Source: Candidatus Omnitrophota bacterium (GTDB lineage: Bacteria; Omnitrophota; Gorgyraeia; JAZDFF01). From it: a stretch of 64,000 nt of DNA. The stretch's first letter is position 1. Each line of letters opens with the position of its first letter. The DNA lies in assembly GCA_043808095.1 (NCBI GenBank), contig JAZDFF010000001.1, positions 94,230 through 158,229 of the forward strand. Reading direction: 5' to 3'. The position numbers were made by a program, and so were the translations under genes. Of the stretch, positions 30,161 through 39,451 are shown piece after piece. Under the pieces are notes generated by a model, which saw only the letters and a program-made list of their open reading frames with translations, was not told the DNA's origin and searched no databases.

Positions 30161-31126
30161 ATGCATGTTTTAGGAATAGAGACATCCTGTGATGAGACAG
30201 CAGCTGCCGTGGTAAGAAATGGCAATAAAGTTCTTTCTAATGTGGTTTCCTCTAGCGTAGATTTTCACGCCAAATACGGTGGGGTAATTCCGGAGATTGC
30301 CTCGAGATTCCATGTTGAGACCATTGTCCAGGTAGCTAGAGAGGCTTTAAGGAAGGCCAAGAAAGATATTGCGGATGTAGACTTAATTGCGGTAACTGCT
30401 AACCCCGGTTTAGTGACTTCATTATTAATAGGCATATCTTTTGCCAGGGCATTGAGTTTTGGGCGAGGCGTTCCTATAGTTGAAGTTGATCATACAAAGG
30501 CACATCTCTGGGCGATATATTTAGAACAAAAGGTTAGGCTACCCGTGGTCGGACTGGTGGTTTCCGGCGGCCACACCAATCTTTACTACTTAAAAGACGC
30601 TTTGAATTTTATAAAACTCGGGGCAACCCTTGACGATGCCTGCGGAGAGGCTTTTGATAAGGTAGCTACGATTCTCGGTTTGAGATATCCAGGAGGGCCG
30701 ATAATCGACAAGCTGGCTCAAAAAGGAGACCCAGCCAGATTTAATTTTTCCTGTGCCGAACTGCCCGGGACATTAGACTTTAGTTTTAGCGGGATAAAGA
30801 CAGCGGTTCTTTATTTTGTCAGGAAACAGCCTGCGCTAAAACGAGATTCCAGGCTGATCTCTGATATTGCCGCTTCGTTTCAAAAGTCCGTTGTTGATAT
30901 TTTGGTTAAAAAGGCCTTACTTGCCTGTGGTCTTAAAAAGACAAAGGATATTATTGTCGGCGGCGGAGTTGCGGCTAATAGTTATTTACGAAAGCACCTG
31001 ACTGAAGAGGCTGCCTGCCGCGGCATTAAGGCGCATTTTCCCAGCATCAATTTTTGCCTGGACAATGCTGCGATGATTGCTGGACTAGGGTATCAAATGA
31101 GGCCACAACATACGGAACGTAAGTGA
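30161..31126 (+). CDS. tsaD: tRNA N6-adenosine threonylcarbamoyltransferase TsaD
   Basis: MHVLGIETSCDETAAAVV, VSGGHT, ASKHA fold motifs. Confidence 0.9.
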   Translation: MHVLGIETSCDETAAAVVRNGNKVLSNVVSSSVDFHAKYGGVIPEIASRFHVETIVQVAREALRKAKKDIADVDLIAVTANPGLVTSLLIGISFARALSFGRGVPIVEVDHTKAHLWAIYLEQKVRLPVVGLVVSGGHTNLYYLKDALNFIKLGATLDDACGEAFDKVATILGLRYPGGPIIDKLAQKGDPARFNFSCAELPGTLDFSFSGIKTAVLYFVRKQPALKRDSRLISDIAASFQKSVVDILVKKALLACGLKKTKDIIVGGGVAANSYLRKHLTEEAACRGIKAHFPSINFCLDNAAMIAGLGYQMRPQHTERK

Positions 31127-31314
31127 CGTAAGTTAATCATAGATCCCTCGCTTAAACAAGCAAAAATTCTCCCCCGAGGAATTCAGAGAATTCCCGGGAC
31201 TTTAGTCCTCGGAATTTCACGAAGTGAAATTCCAGAGGGTTCGATAATTTTTGCTTAAGCTTCGGGATTAATTCGCCCCTACGATACGTCGGGGCTAATT
31301 AAGGAGGTCCTAAG
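31127..31314. repeat. Nested palindromic repeats between tsaD and mgtC
   Basis: GCTTAAACAAGCAAAAATT / AATTTTTGCTTAAGC inverted repeat; CGATACGTCGGGGC module shared with 3341-3355. Confidence 0.65.
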
Positions 31315-31746
31315 ATGGCAACTGATAATCAGGTCATTTACAGGCTTATTTTAGCGGTTTTTTTGGGCGGGATTATCGGGTTGGAACGCCAGATTCATCA
31401 TCGGGCTGCAGGATTAAGGACGCACATCTTAGTTTCTTTAGGTTCGGCACTGATTATGTTGACATCGCTTTATATTTTTGGTATATACCAAAATGTAGCT
31501 AATGTCGACCCGGGCCGAATTGCCGCAGGCGTGATTACCGGCATCGGATTCTTGGGAGCTGGTACGATCTTCCGACAACAAGATCAAGTTATGGGCCTGA
31601 CTACCGCAGCAAGCCTATGGGCAGTTGCAGCGATTGGTCTTGCCGTGGGATGCGGTTTCTTATCAGCTGCGCTTGTGGCCACGGCATTAGTTTTAACATG
31701 CCTTTTTATTTTAAGAAGACTCGAAAAATATTTAGGAAAGGGATAA
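31315..31746 (+). CDS. mgtC: MgtC/SapB family membrane protein (membrane domain only)
   Basis: GGIIGLERQ...AGLRTHILVSLGSAL typical of MgtC; 143 aa, lacks the C-terminal soluble domain. Confidence 0.75.
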   Translation: MATDNQVIYRLILAVFLGGIIGLERQIHHRAAGLRTHILVSLGSALIMLTSLYIFGIYQNVANVDPGRIAAGVITGIGFLGAGTIFRQQDQVMGLTTAASLWAVAAIGLAVGCGFLSAALVATALVLTCLFILRRLEKYLGKG

Positions 31747-31749
31747 AAT

Positions 31750-31920
31750 GAGGACATAATTTACGGAATACGGTGACGTAAATTATGTGTCCGAATTTTA
31801 CCCTTGACATTTTCCTTAATGATGAAAATTTTAGGCAGATGTCAAGGGTTTAACTCGCACATATAACTTACATCGCTTTGAGTTAATCACTGGTTCTGTA
31901 AGTTATGTGCACGTAAAAGG
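31750..31920. repeat. Palindromic repeat cluster (ACGGAA...CGTAAGT and CCCTTGACAT/ATGTCAAGGG hairpins)
   Basis: Inverted repeats visible; ACTTACG/CGTAAGT module shared with 16530-16560 and 63300-63340. Confidence 0.65.
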
Positions 31921-31932
31921 AGGTGATTAAAG

Positions 31933-32442
31933 ATGGGTTTACGAGATAAGAGAAAAAACATTGAAGAGAAACTTTTAGATGTAGACGCCTCCATGTCTGG
32001 GACACTTTCTTTTCGGGATCCGGTTAACATGCGCATAAATGGCAAATTTGAAGGCACGCTTGAGGTAAAGGGAAATTTAACTATTGGAGATACTGCTGTG
32101 GTCGAAGCCCATATTGTCGGAGATAATATTACTATTTCCGGAAAAGTAAAAGGGGATATCATTGCCAAACAGAGATTGACTCTTACTTCCACGGCCGTTG
32201 TTAACGGTGATGTTAGGGCCCCAAAATTAAATATTATTGAGGGGGCAATCTTACAGGGTAGATGCATTATGTTGGGCGATGTGCTCGATAGCGAAGAACT
32301 GGCGAGATACCTTGAGATTGATCTCGACTCTATCTTAGATTGGGCAAATTCCGGCAAGGTACCCGCTTTTAAGGACAATAACGAATGGAGGTTTGAGCGC
32401 AAGAAAATAGACGAATGGATATCTAAAGGAGCACTTAAATAA
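31933..32442 (+). CDS. Bactofilin domain protein with C-terminal excisionase-type HTH
   Basis: Beta-helical bactofilin repeats ending GDVRAPKLNIIEGAILQGRCIM; C-terminal LDSEELARYLEIDLDSILDWANSGKVPAFKDNNEWRFERKKIDEWI fits the Xis/HTH_17 pattern. Confidence 0.75.
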   Translation: MGLRDKRKNIEEKLLDVDASMSGTLSFRDPVNMRINGKFEGTLEVKGNLTIGDTAVVEAHIVGDNITISGKVKGDIIAKQRLTLTSTAVVNGDVRAPKLNIIEGAILQGRCIMLGDVLDSEELARYLEIDLDSILDWANSGKVPAFKDNNEWRFERKKIDEWISKGALK

Positions 32443-32444
32443 AA

Positions 32445-32600
32445 TCTAGATTACAATGATTATCCCGCGCAATAATAAATATTCAACGGGATCCCGCAAA
32501 GCGGGGAAAGTTGGATTACACAGATGATGCAGAGAGGCCTTTGCCTTTAATCTGTGAAATCTTTTTTAAAATCCCTGCCTGTCGACAGGCAGGTGCGCAA
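32445..32600. repeat. Palindromic repeat cluster (GGGATCCCGCAAAGCGGG, ATCTGTG and CCTGCC palindrome modules)
   Basis: Modules shared with 9650-9710, 41165-41200, 3371-3396. Confidence 0.7.
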
Positions 32601-32617
32601 TCATTATTTTAAAAAAA

Positions 32618-32935
32618 ATGGCGGAAAAACTATTAACGGTCAGGGAAGCAGCACAATTCTTGGGCATTTCAGAAAAAGAGGTAATAGATCTTTCGCAGGA
32701 AGGAATTATCCCTGCATATAGAATTGCTGGTACCCATTTAAGATTTAGGCAGGATCAATTACAAGATATTCGTTCCAAGATAAAAGACTCTCTTAAAGAG
32801 TCGCACAAAAAGATTATTTTCCAGGATAACAGCTATTCTTCGGGAGAGAGGTTTTTTGACTTCTTCTATTTTAATGATTTTTATATCGTGGCATTAGTAG
32901 TAATTATTACAATCTTATTTTTATTTTTTAGATGA
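32618..32935 (+). CDS. Excisionase-family HTH DNA-binding protein with C-terminal hydrophobic anchor
   Basis: LLTVREAAQFLGISEKEVIDLSQEGIIPAYRIAGTHLRFRQDQL (HTH_17 pattern); C-terminal FYIVALVVIITILFLFF. Confidence 0.65.
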   Translation: MAEKLLTVREAAQFLGISEKEVIDLSQEGIIPAYRIAGTHLRFRQDQLQDIRSKIKDSLKESHKKIIFQDNSYSSGERFFDFFYFNDFYIVALVVIITILFLFFR

Positions 32936-33045
32936 AGGGGTTTGCCCCGTTAGAGATACACAAGAATTTAGACCGTAATTACGGAAATGTTTTGTTACGA
33001 AAAATAAATAAGAGAAAATATTCCCTATCACTAACAGGGTTTGCC
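32928..33045 (+). promoter_or_regulatory. Two 19-bp direct repeats GGGTTTGCCCCGTTAGAGA flanking a CGTAATTACGG palindrome, upstream of larB
   Basis: Identical 19-mers at 32928-32946 and 33027-33045; each contains a GGGG-N4-CCCC mini-hairpin. Confidence 0.5.
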
Positions 33046-33086
33046 CCGTTAGAGAAAAGCATCGTGGGGTAAAAATTTCGAATTTA

Positions 33087-33791
33087 ATGGAATCATCCCA
33101 ACATTCGGTTAGTAAAAAAGGAAGAAATTCTCTCACGGGGTTTGTTGATTTAGGGTTTGCCAAGGTTGATATTACAAGAGCCAGAAGGTGCGGTTTGCCT
33201 GAGGTGATATACTGCCCGGGGAAAGACCTTAATCAGATAAAAAGCATTGCTAGGAAAATCTTAAAATCAAACGATTTACTTATTTTGACTCGCCTTGAAA
33301 ATAATATTTACAAAAAATTAAAAAAGGCATTTATCGGACTTAAGTTCATCCCCGAGGCCAAATTTGCCTACCTGATTAAGAAAAAAATTCCGTTTAAAAA
33401 AGGCAGGGTCTTAGTAATGACAGCAGGGACTTCAGATACGCCGGTTGCCGAGGAGGCAGTCGCCATATTACAGATACTGGGTAATAAAGTTTTAAGACTT
33501 TATGACGTGGGAGTCGCAGGAGTTCACCGGTTGTTCAATCATATTGATGTTATAAGAAAGGCCTCGGTAATCGTGGTGGTTGCCGGGATGGAAGGGGCCT
33601 TGGCAAGTATTGTCTCTGGCCTGGTAAAAACTCCGGTAGTTGCCGTGCCAACGAGCTGCGGTTATGGAGCAAACTTTCGGGGCCTGTCAGCGTTACTGAC
33701 TATGTTAAACTGCTGTGCTCCCGGGGTAGCGGTGGTAAACATTGATAATGGTTTTGGTGCGGGGTATTTTGCTAATCTGATAAATAAGTAA
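33087..33791 (+). CDS. larB: LarB-like (PurE-fold) nickel-pincer cofactor biosynthesis carboxylase/hydrolase
   Basis: DLGFAKVDITRARRCGLPEVIYCPGK N-terminal motif and PurE-like MTAGTSDTPVAEEA...VVAGMEGALAS core. Confidence 0.7.
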   Translation: MESSQHSVSKKGRNSLTGFVDLGFAKVDITRARRCGLPEVIYCPGKDLNQIKSIARKILKSNDLLILTRLENNIYKKLKKAFIGLKFIPEAKFAYLIKKKIPFKKGRVLVMTAGTSDTPVAEEAVAILQILGNKVLRLYDVGVAGVHRLFNHIDVIRKASVIVVVAGMEGALASIVSGLVKTPVVAVPTSCGYGANFRGLSALLTMLNCCAPGVAVVNIDNGFGAGYFANLINK

Positions 33792-33798
33792 TTGAAAA

Positions 33799-34221
33799 AT
33801 GAGTAACAAACGAATTACTTTAAATGAAGCCATAAAATTTCACGGGCATCTGGGTCCATATCTGGTTCTAGGGCTTTTGGCAGGAAACCTGGCGTTTGAA
33901 AAAATAGGCTTTAAGAAATATTTCGGCATTAGAATAAAAGTCTGGGGCGCAAGCAAGAAACCAAAATCCTGCCTTATTGACGGTCTGCAGCTTTCAAGTG
34001 GTGCCACTTACGGCAAAGGCAATATCGAGAAACTAAATAGCTCAAAAATAAAGATTGATTTTATTAATGAAGAGAATAACAAAAAGATTTCCTTTGTATT
34101 CAAAAAACCAATAATCAAATTATTGCAAAAAGTTAAGACACATGCGGAATCTGAAATTTTAGCGAAGGAACTATATAAAACCAATCTTTCTGAAATATTT
34201 AATATAGCATCAATAAACTAA
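33799..34221 (+). CDS. FmdE-like domain protein
   Basis: FHGHLGPYLVLGLLAG resembles the FmdE HGHxCPG core (Cys replaced by Gly); 140 aa. Confidence 0.45.
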   Translation: MSNKRITLNEAIKFHGHLGPYLVLGLLAGNLAFEKIGFKKYFGIRIKVWGASKKPKSCLIDGLQLSSGATYGKGNIEKLNSSKIKIDFINEENNKKISFVFKKPIIKLLQKVKTHAESEILAKELYKTNLSEIFNIASIN

Positions 34222-34223
34222 AA

Positions 34224-35555
34224 ATGGCCCTTTCAGGTCTAGATATCTATAAGGTTTTACCCAAAACAAACTGCAGGGACTGCGGATTTCCGACGTGTCT
34301 TGCCTTTGCCATGCAGCTTGCCAAGAAGGCAGTGAGCCTGGATAAGTGTCCGCATTTAACCGCAGAGGCAAAAGGAAAACTTGAACAAGCAGCGTTACCG
34401 CCAATTCGCTTAGCCAAAATTGGGAAAGATGACCGCGTCCTTGAAATAGGGAACGAATCCGTAATGTTCCGTCATGAGGAAAAATTCCATCATCCCTGCG
34501 GCATAGGATTTATCTTAGAGGATAGTTTATCCGACGCAGAGCTTGATAAGAACATGAATTCCATAAAATCCTTAAGGTTTGAGCGTATAGGCCAGGAGCT
34601 TAAACCGGATCTTGTTGCCATTTCCCAGACCAAATCCGATAAAGAAAGATTCTTAAAAATTCTAAGGGCGGTTCTGGAAAAACTGGATTTAAATCCAGTA
34701 TTAATGAGTAGCGATGAACAGACGTTAAAAGAAGCCTTAGAGCTAAGCAAAGATAAAAAACCATTGATTTATGCAGCGACCAATTCCAATTATAAGATGA
34801 TGACAGGCTTTTCTAAGAATTACGGCTTGCCGCTTGTAGTTAAGTCAGATAATCTTGATGATTTGTCGCAATTAGTCAAGTCCATAAATGATTTGGGCGT
34901 GGAAGATTTAATCCTTGATCCGGGAACAAAGGGCCTGGGTCAGCGGATTTCCGATCTAACTCAGATTCGGCGCCTAGCATTAAAGAAAAGTTTTAGACAA
35001 CTAGGATATCCGACTATTGCGGTCATATCGGAAAGAGACCCCTATAAAGAAGTAATTCAGGTAAGTAGTCTTTTGGCTAAATATGCCAGTATTATTTTAA
35101 TGAAGGGACTAGAACCCTGGCAGGCTTTAAGTATCTTTACGCTAAGACAAAATATTTATTCTGACCCGCAAAAGCCTCTACAAGTTGAACCCAAGGTTTA
35201 TCCCATTGGAAAAGTTAGCGATATTTCGCCGCTTTTAGTGACCACTAATTTCTCCCTGAGTTACTACACGGTGCTTTCAGAGGTTGAGGCAAGCAAGGTT
35301 CCTTCCTATATTATGAGCGTAGATACCGAAGGCATGTCGGTGTTGACCGCCTGGGCAGCAGAGAAATTTACGGCCGATAAGGTTACAGAGGCAATCAATA
35401 AAAATAATCTTGGTTCTTTGGTTTCGCATAAGAAGGTAATCATCCCGGGCTATGTGGCAGTAATGAGTGGGGATCTTGAGGATAAAAGCGGTTGGCAGAT
35501 AGTTGTTGGTCCGCGCGAGGCCTCCGGGATTCCGAGTTTCTTGAAGAAATTATAG
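34224..35555 (+). CDS. acsC: Corrinoid iron-sulfur protein large subunit AcsC
   Basis: N-terminal 4Fe-4S motif CRDCGFPTC...C, TIM-barrel and C-terminal corrinoid-binding region, 443 aa; adjacent to acsD and acsE. Confidence 0.8.
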   Translation: MALSGLDIYKVLPKTNCRDCGFPTCLAFAMQLAKKAVSLDKCPHLTAEAKGKLEQAALPPIRLAKIGKDDRVLEIGNESVMFRHEEKFHHPCGIGFILEDSLSDAELDKNMNSIKSLRFERIGQELKPDLVAISQTKSDKERFLKILRAVLEKLDLNPVLMSSDEQTLKEALELSKDKKPLIYAATNSNYKMMTGFSKNYGLPLVVKSDNLDDLSQLVKSINDLGVEDLILDPGTKGLGQRISDLTQIRRLALKKSFRQLGYPTIAVISERDPYKEVIQVSSLLAKYASIILMKGLEPWQALSIFTLRQNIYSDPQKPLQVEPKVYPIGKVSDISPLLVTTNFSLSYYTVLSEVEASKVPSYIMSVDTEGMSVLTAWAAEKFTADKVTEAINKNNLGSLVSHKKVIIPGYVAVMSGDLEDKSGWQIVVGPREASGIPSFLKKL

Positions 35556-35659
35556 ACCGCTAAAACGCAAAAATTCCGCTAAAGCGCAAAATTTAATTGA
35601 ATAATTTCTTTGCGATTTTGCGCCTGCATGCCGTCAGTTAGGGGTTTTGCGCCTTTGCG

Positions 35660-37621
35660 GTGTTAAATTGTTTAAAAGTTAGAAAAGTGATGGAAAAGTA
35701 TAAGATAACATTTTATCCGGATAATAAGACCATCGAGGTTGAGAAAGGTAAAACCATACTTTCTGCAGCGATCTCTGCCGGGGTTTACATTAACTCAGGT
35801 TGCGGCGGAGACGGTGTCTGCGGAAGGTGTAAAATCATTGTTAAGAAGGGCGAAGTAAGTTCTCAACCGACTGGCAGGCTTAGCCTGGATGAGAGAAGGC
35901 GGCAAGTCTATCTTTCCTGTTTGACTACCGTCCAGAGTGATTTAGAGGTCGAGGTTTTACCCGAATCAAGACTGGATTTTGATAAATTATCCAGCGAAGA
36001 ACTGGATTTAAGATTAAAAGGCCTTTATTCTGCCTCAGAGGCAGTTGAACAAATAAGCACACTTAAAGAACGGGATTTATTTATTCACTCGCCTTTAGCC
36101 ACCAAATTATATTTGGAAATACCCAAACCGACGTTAGACGATAAAATCAGCGATTTGGAAAGAATCTATCGCTCGATTCGCAAGATTCAGGATATCCCCA
36201 TTATGCAGACTGGTCTTTCTAATATCAGGTGCCTGGGTGAATTATTGCGCGCATCTGATTGGAAGGTCACCGTAACCCTGGGAAAAAGAAACGGGACCAC
36301 TGAGATAGTCTTGATTGAGCCACAAGATACCTCGAAAAAGAATTTCGGGGCGTGTTTTGATATCGGCACCACAACTATTTCCGGCCAGCTCGTGGATTTA
36401 AATAGCAAGAAGGTGCTTGGAACCCGGGCCACCTATAACAAGCAAGCCAGTTTTGGTAGCGACGTAATCAGCAGGATAATCTTTGCCCAGAAACAAGATG
36501 GTCTTGAAAAATTACATCATGCAGTTATTGACAGTATGAATCAGATGATTCTAGAGATGATTAGAGAGCATGGCCTTGACCTTAATGATGTAAATTGTGC
36601 TTTATGCGCAGGAAATACCACGATGATTCATCTCTTGTTACGTGTTGACCCGACCTACATTAGAAGAGAGCCCTATATACCGACGGCTAATTTTATCCCG
36701 GTGATTAGGGCGGCTGAGGCCGGCATAAAGATTAATCCCAGAGGTTTGCTTGCCTGCGTCCCGGGGGTTTCTAGTTACGTGGGAGGAGATGTTGTTTCCG
36801 GGGTTTTAGCCTGCAGTCTGGATAGAGAAAAAGACCTTTGTATATTAATTGATATCGGTACTAATGGCGAGATCGTTTTAGGAAACCGGGAATGGCTTAT
36901 ATCCTGCTCTGCCTCGGCAGGCCCGGCCTTTGAAGGAAGCGGCATAACTTCAGGCACCAGGGCTACAAAAGGGGCAATCCAGAAAGTTAAGATAGATTCT
37001 GCTCAAGGCAATGTAAACTTTACGACTATAACTGGTGCTCTGCCTATCGGAATTTGCGGTTCAGGTTATATTGATTTATTGGCAGAATTTTTAAAAGCCG
37101 GCCTTATTGATAGACAAGGCAAATTCATAACCTCTTCTAAATTTAAGGCTATCCGCGACGGCGAATTTGGCAAGGAATTTGTTTTAGTGCCTAAGAATGA
37201 AAGTAATTTAAAGTCTGATATTGTGATTACTGAAGCGGATATTGAAAATTTAAAAAGGGCAAAGGCGGCAATATTTTCCGCTACGAGTAGTTTAGCTAAA
37301 CACATGGGGATCGAGCTTTCTAAGATAAATAAGTTTTTTATTGCCGGCGGGTTCGGCACTTATTTAGATATTGATAATGCGGTAAGAATCGGGCTCCTGC
37401 CGGATCTGCCGCGTGAAAAATTTAGCTTTGTGGGAAATAGCTCGTTGTTCGGCGCAAGAGAAATCCTTTTTTCTTCCCAGGCTTTTAGTAAGGCAAAAGA
37501 GATTGCCGGGAAAATGACCTATTATGAATTATCCGTTGAGCCGGATTATATGGAAGAATATATGGCGGCTTTATTTTTCCCGCATACGAATTTGAGTAAG
37601 TTTCCGAGCGTGAAGGCATAA
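35660..37621 (+). CDS. Reductive activator of CFeSP (RACo-like; 2Fe-2S ferredoxin plus ASKHA ATPase)
   Basis: N-terminal plant-type ferredoxin motif CGGDGVCGRCK; C-terminal ASKHA domain; true start may be internal MEKYKITF at 35690. Confidence 0.75.
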   Translation: MLNCLKVRKVMEKYKITFYPDNKTIEVEKGKTILSAAISAGVYINSGCGGDGVCGRCKIIVKKGEVSSQPTGRLSLDERRRQVYLSCLTTVQSDLEVEVLPESRLDFDKLSSEELDLRLKGLYSASEAVEQISTLKERDLFIHSPLATKLYLEIPKPTLDDKISDLERIYRSIRKIQDIPIMQTGLSNIRCLGELLRASDWKVTVTLGKRNGTTEIVLIEPQDTSKKNFGACFDIGTTTISGQLVDLNSKKVLGTRATYNKQASFGSDVISRIIFAQKQDGLEKLHHAVIDSMNQMILEMIREHGLDLNDVNCALCAGNTTMIHLLLRVDPTYIRREPYIPTANFIPVIRAAEAGIKINPRGLLACVPGVSSYVGGDVVSGVLACSLDREKDLCILIDIGTNGEIVLGNREWLISCSASAGPAFEGSGITSGTRATKGAIQKVKIDSAQGNVNFTTITGALPIGICGSGYIDLLAEFLKAGLIDRQGKFITSSKFKAIRDGEFGKEFVLVPKNESNLKSDIVITEADIENLKRAKAAIFSATSSLAKHMGIELSKINKFFIAGGFGTYLDIDNAVRIGLLPDLPREKFSFVGNSSLFGAREILFSSQAFSKAKEIAGKMTYYELSVEPDYMEEYMAALFFPHTNLSKFPSVKA

Positions 37622-37627
37622 TTAACA

Positions 37628-38389
37628 ATGGGATATATATTTGCAGTCTGCGGCAAAGGCGGCACGGGAAAAACCACCATTACTGCTTTACTTATAAATT
37701 GGCTAAAGGCCAATAGAGAGTGTTCGGTCTTGGCGGTTGATGCTGACCCTAACAGCAATTTGTCAAATTCGCTGGGCGTGGCTAAAAACAAGAGCCTTGC
37801 GGATATTGTGGATAGTATTACCAAAGACCCTAAAGTTGTGCCTAGTAACATGAGTAAGGACCATTATATCGAATATCAGGTTCAGTTGGGGTTATCCGAA
37901 AGTAATGGTTTTGATCTTTTGAGCATGGGGCATCCTGAGGGCCCGGGCTGTTATTGCTATGTTAATAATGTCTTACGAAACATTATGCAAAAATTAATCA
38001 AAAATTACGATTTTGTAGTGATTGACAATGAGGCAGGCATGGAACACCTGTCGCGGCGCACTATGAGGGCTGCGGATTGCCTGCTTTTAGTCAGCGACCA
38101 TTCTGTCGTGGGCTTGCGTTCAGCCAAGAGGATTTTAGACCTGGCCCGAGACATGGGCATAAAGTTTAAGGCCGCAAAACTTATTGTCAATCGCGCTGAT
38201 AAAGACTGCCGTCACTTGGAAGATAAGATAAAAGAGTCGGGATTAGATTGCTTAGGTTGTCTTTCCGAAGATAAAACTTTAGGGAAACTAAGCGTTGAAG
38301 ATAAGCCCGTATCTAAATTGGGTAAGGATGCATTAATATTAGGGCAATTCGATAAAATAGTTAAAAATTTATTCGGTTTGAAAGATTAA
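37628..38389 (+). CDS. cooC: CooC/AcsF-type nickel-insertion ATPase (MinD/ParA fold)
   Basis: Deviant Walker A CGKGGTGKTT and Cys-x-Cys motif GCYCY. Confidence 0.8.
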   Translation: MGYIFAVCGKGGTGKTTITALLINWLKANRECSVLAVDADPNSNLSNSLGVAKNKSLADIVDSITKDPKVVPSNMSKDHYIEYQVQLGLSESNGFDLLSMGHPEGPGCYCYVNNVLRNIMQKLIKNYDFVVIDNEAGMEHLSRRTMRAADCLLLVSDHSVVGLRSAKRILDLARDMGIKFKAAKLIVNRADKDCRHLEDKIKESGLDCLGCLSEDKTLGKLSVEDKPVSKLGKDALILGQFDKIVKNLFGLKD

Positions 38390-38393
38390 AAAA

Positions 38394-39368
38394 ATGGCTA
38401 TAGAATTATATAAAGAAAAGTGGGTCAATAATGTTAATGAGGTGATTTTAGGCGCCACAAAAGAAGAGGGCGGAAGTCGCGCATTTTCTTTGAAGGTGGG
38501 CGGCGAGTCCTGTCTGCCTTATTTATTTGAAGAGGGTTCTATGCCCAATGCGCCCGTGGTTGCCCAGGAGATTTGGGATATCGAGCCTACTGATTGGCCG
38601 GAGATCTTGAGAGAGCCGTTTAAAGATGTCCTGGCAAATCCCCTGGAGTGGGCCGAGAAGGCAGTTAAGGCTTATGGCGCGAATTTATTGTGTCTAAAAT
38701 TACAGGGTGCGCATCCTGATTCAGGAAACCGGCCTAACGATGAATTAGTCAAGATCTTAAAAGATATCTTAAAGACAGTCAATGTGCCTTTGATCGTTTC
38801 AGGATGCGGTGATGACGCCAAAGATAACCTCCTCATGCCTCTTTTAAGCGAGGCGACTAAAGGAGAACGCATCCTTTTTGGCGACGCTGTCCAGGATAAC
38901 TATAAGACGATTACGGCAAGCGTCTTAGCTGACGGACATAATATTATTGCCGAGTCGCCCATTGATATTAATATTGCTAAGCAACTTAATATCCTGATTA
39001 CTGACATGGGGTTGCCTGGGGATAAGATTGTGATTAATCCTACGGTGGGCGCTTTAGGTTATGGCCTTGAGTATGCTTATTCCATAATGGAGAGGGCCAG
39101 GCTTGCGGCATTGGCCGGTGATAAGATGATGAGTATGCCTTTTATATGTTTCATCGGCCAGGAGGCTACCAAGGCCAAAGAGGCTAAGGCCACTATAGAG
39201 GAACATCCCCAATGGGGCAAGGAATTAGAGCGGGGGATTGTTTGGGAGGCGGTTACTGCCTGTGCATTTTTACAGTCCGGAGCAGACATCCTGGTTATGC
39301 GTCATCCCCAGGCGATAAAACTGATTAAAGAGACGATAGAAGAGTTAATGTCTAAGAGTAACCAGTAA
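38394..39368 (+). CDS. acsD: Corrinoid iron-sulfur protein small subunit AcsD
   Basis: 324 aa TIM-barrel-like protein between cooC and acsE; size and context match CFeSP small subunit. Confidence 0.65.
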   Translation: MAIELYKEKWVNNVNEVILGATKEEGGSRAFSLKVGGESCLPYLFEEGSMPNAPVVAQEIWDIEPTDWPEILREPFKDVLANPLEWAEKAVKAYGANLLCLKLQGAHPDSGNRPNDELVKILKDILKTVNVPLIVSGCGDDAKDNLLMPLLSEATKGERILFGDAVQDNYKTITASVLADGHNIIAESPIDINIAKQLNILITDMGLPGDKIVINPTVGALGYGLEYAYSIMERARLAALAGDKMMSMPFICFIGQEATKAKEAKATIEEHPQWGKELERGIVWEAVTACAFLQSGADILVMRHPQAIKLIKETIEELMSKSNQ

Positions 39369-39446
39369 CCAGAGTACAGAAGCCAGGGCTAAGTATTTTT
39401 CTGGTTTCTGTTTACAGGTTTCTGATCTCTACCGAGCGAAGCGAGG
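39369..39446. repeat. Repeat module ending in CCGAGCGAAGCGAGG just before the acsE ATG
   Basis: ACCAGAGTACAGAAGCCAG and CCGAGCGAAGCGAGG shared with 11955-12103. Confidence 0.8.
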
Positions 39447-39451
39447 ATAAA

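Noticed and set aside
31887-32402. 171-aa minus-strand ORF
   Set aside because: It overlaps almost entirely the plus-strand ORF that has a clear bactofilin domain; its own translation is low-complexity with no recognisable motifs.
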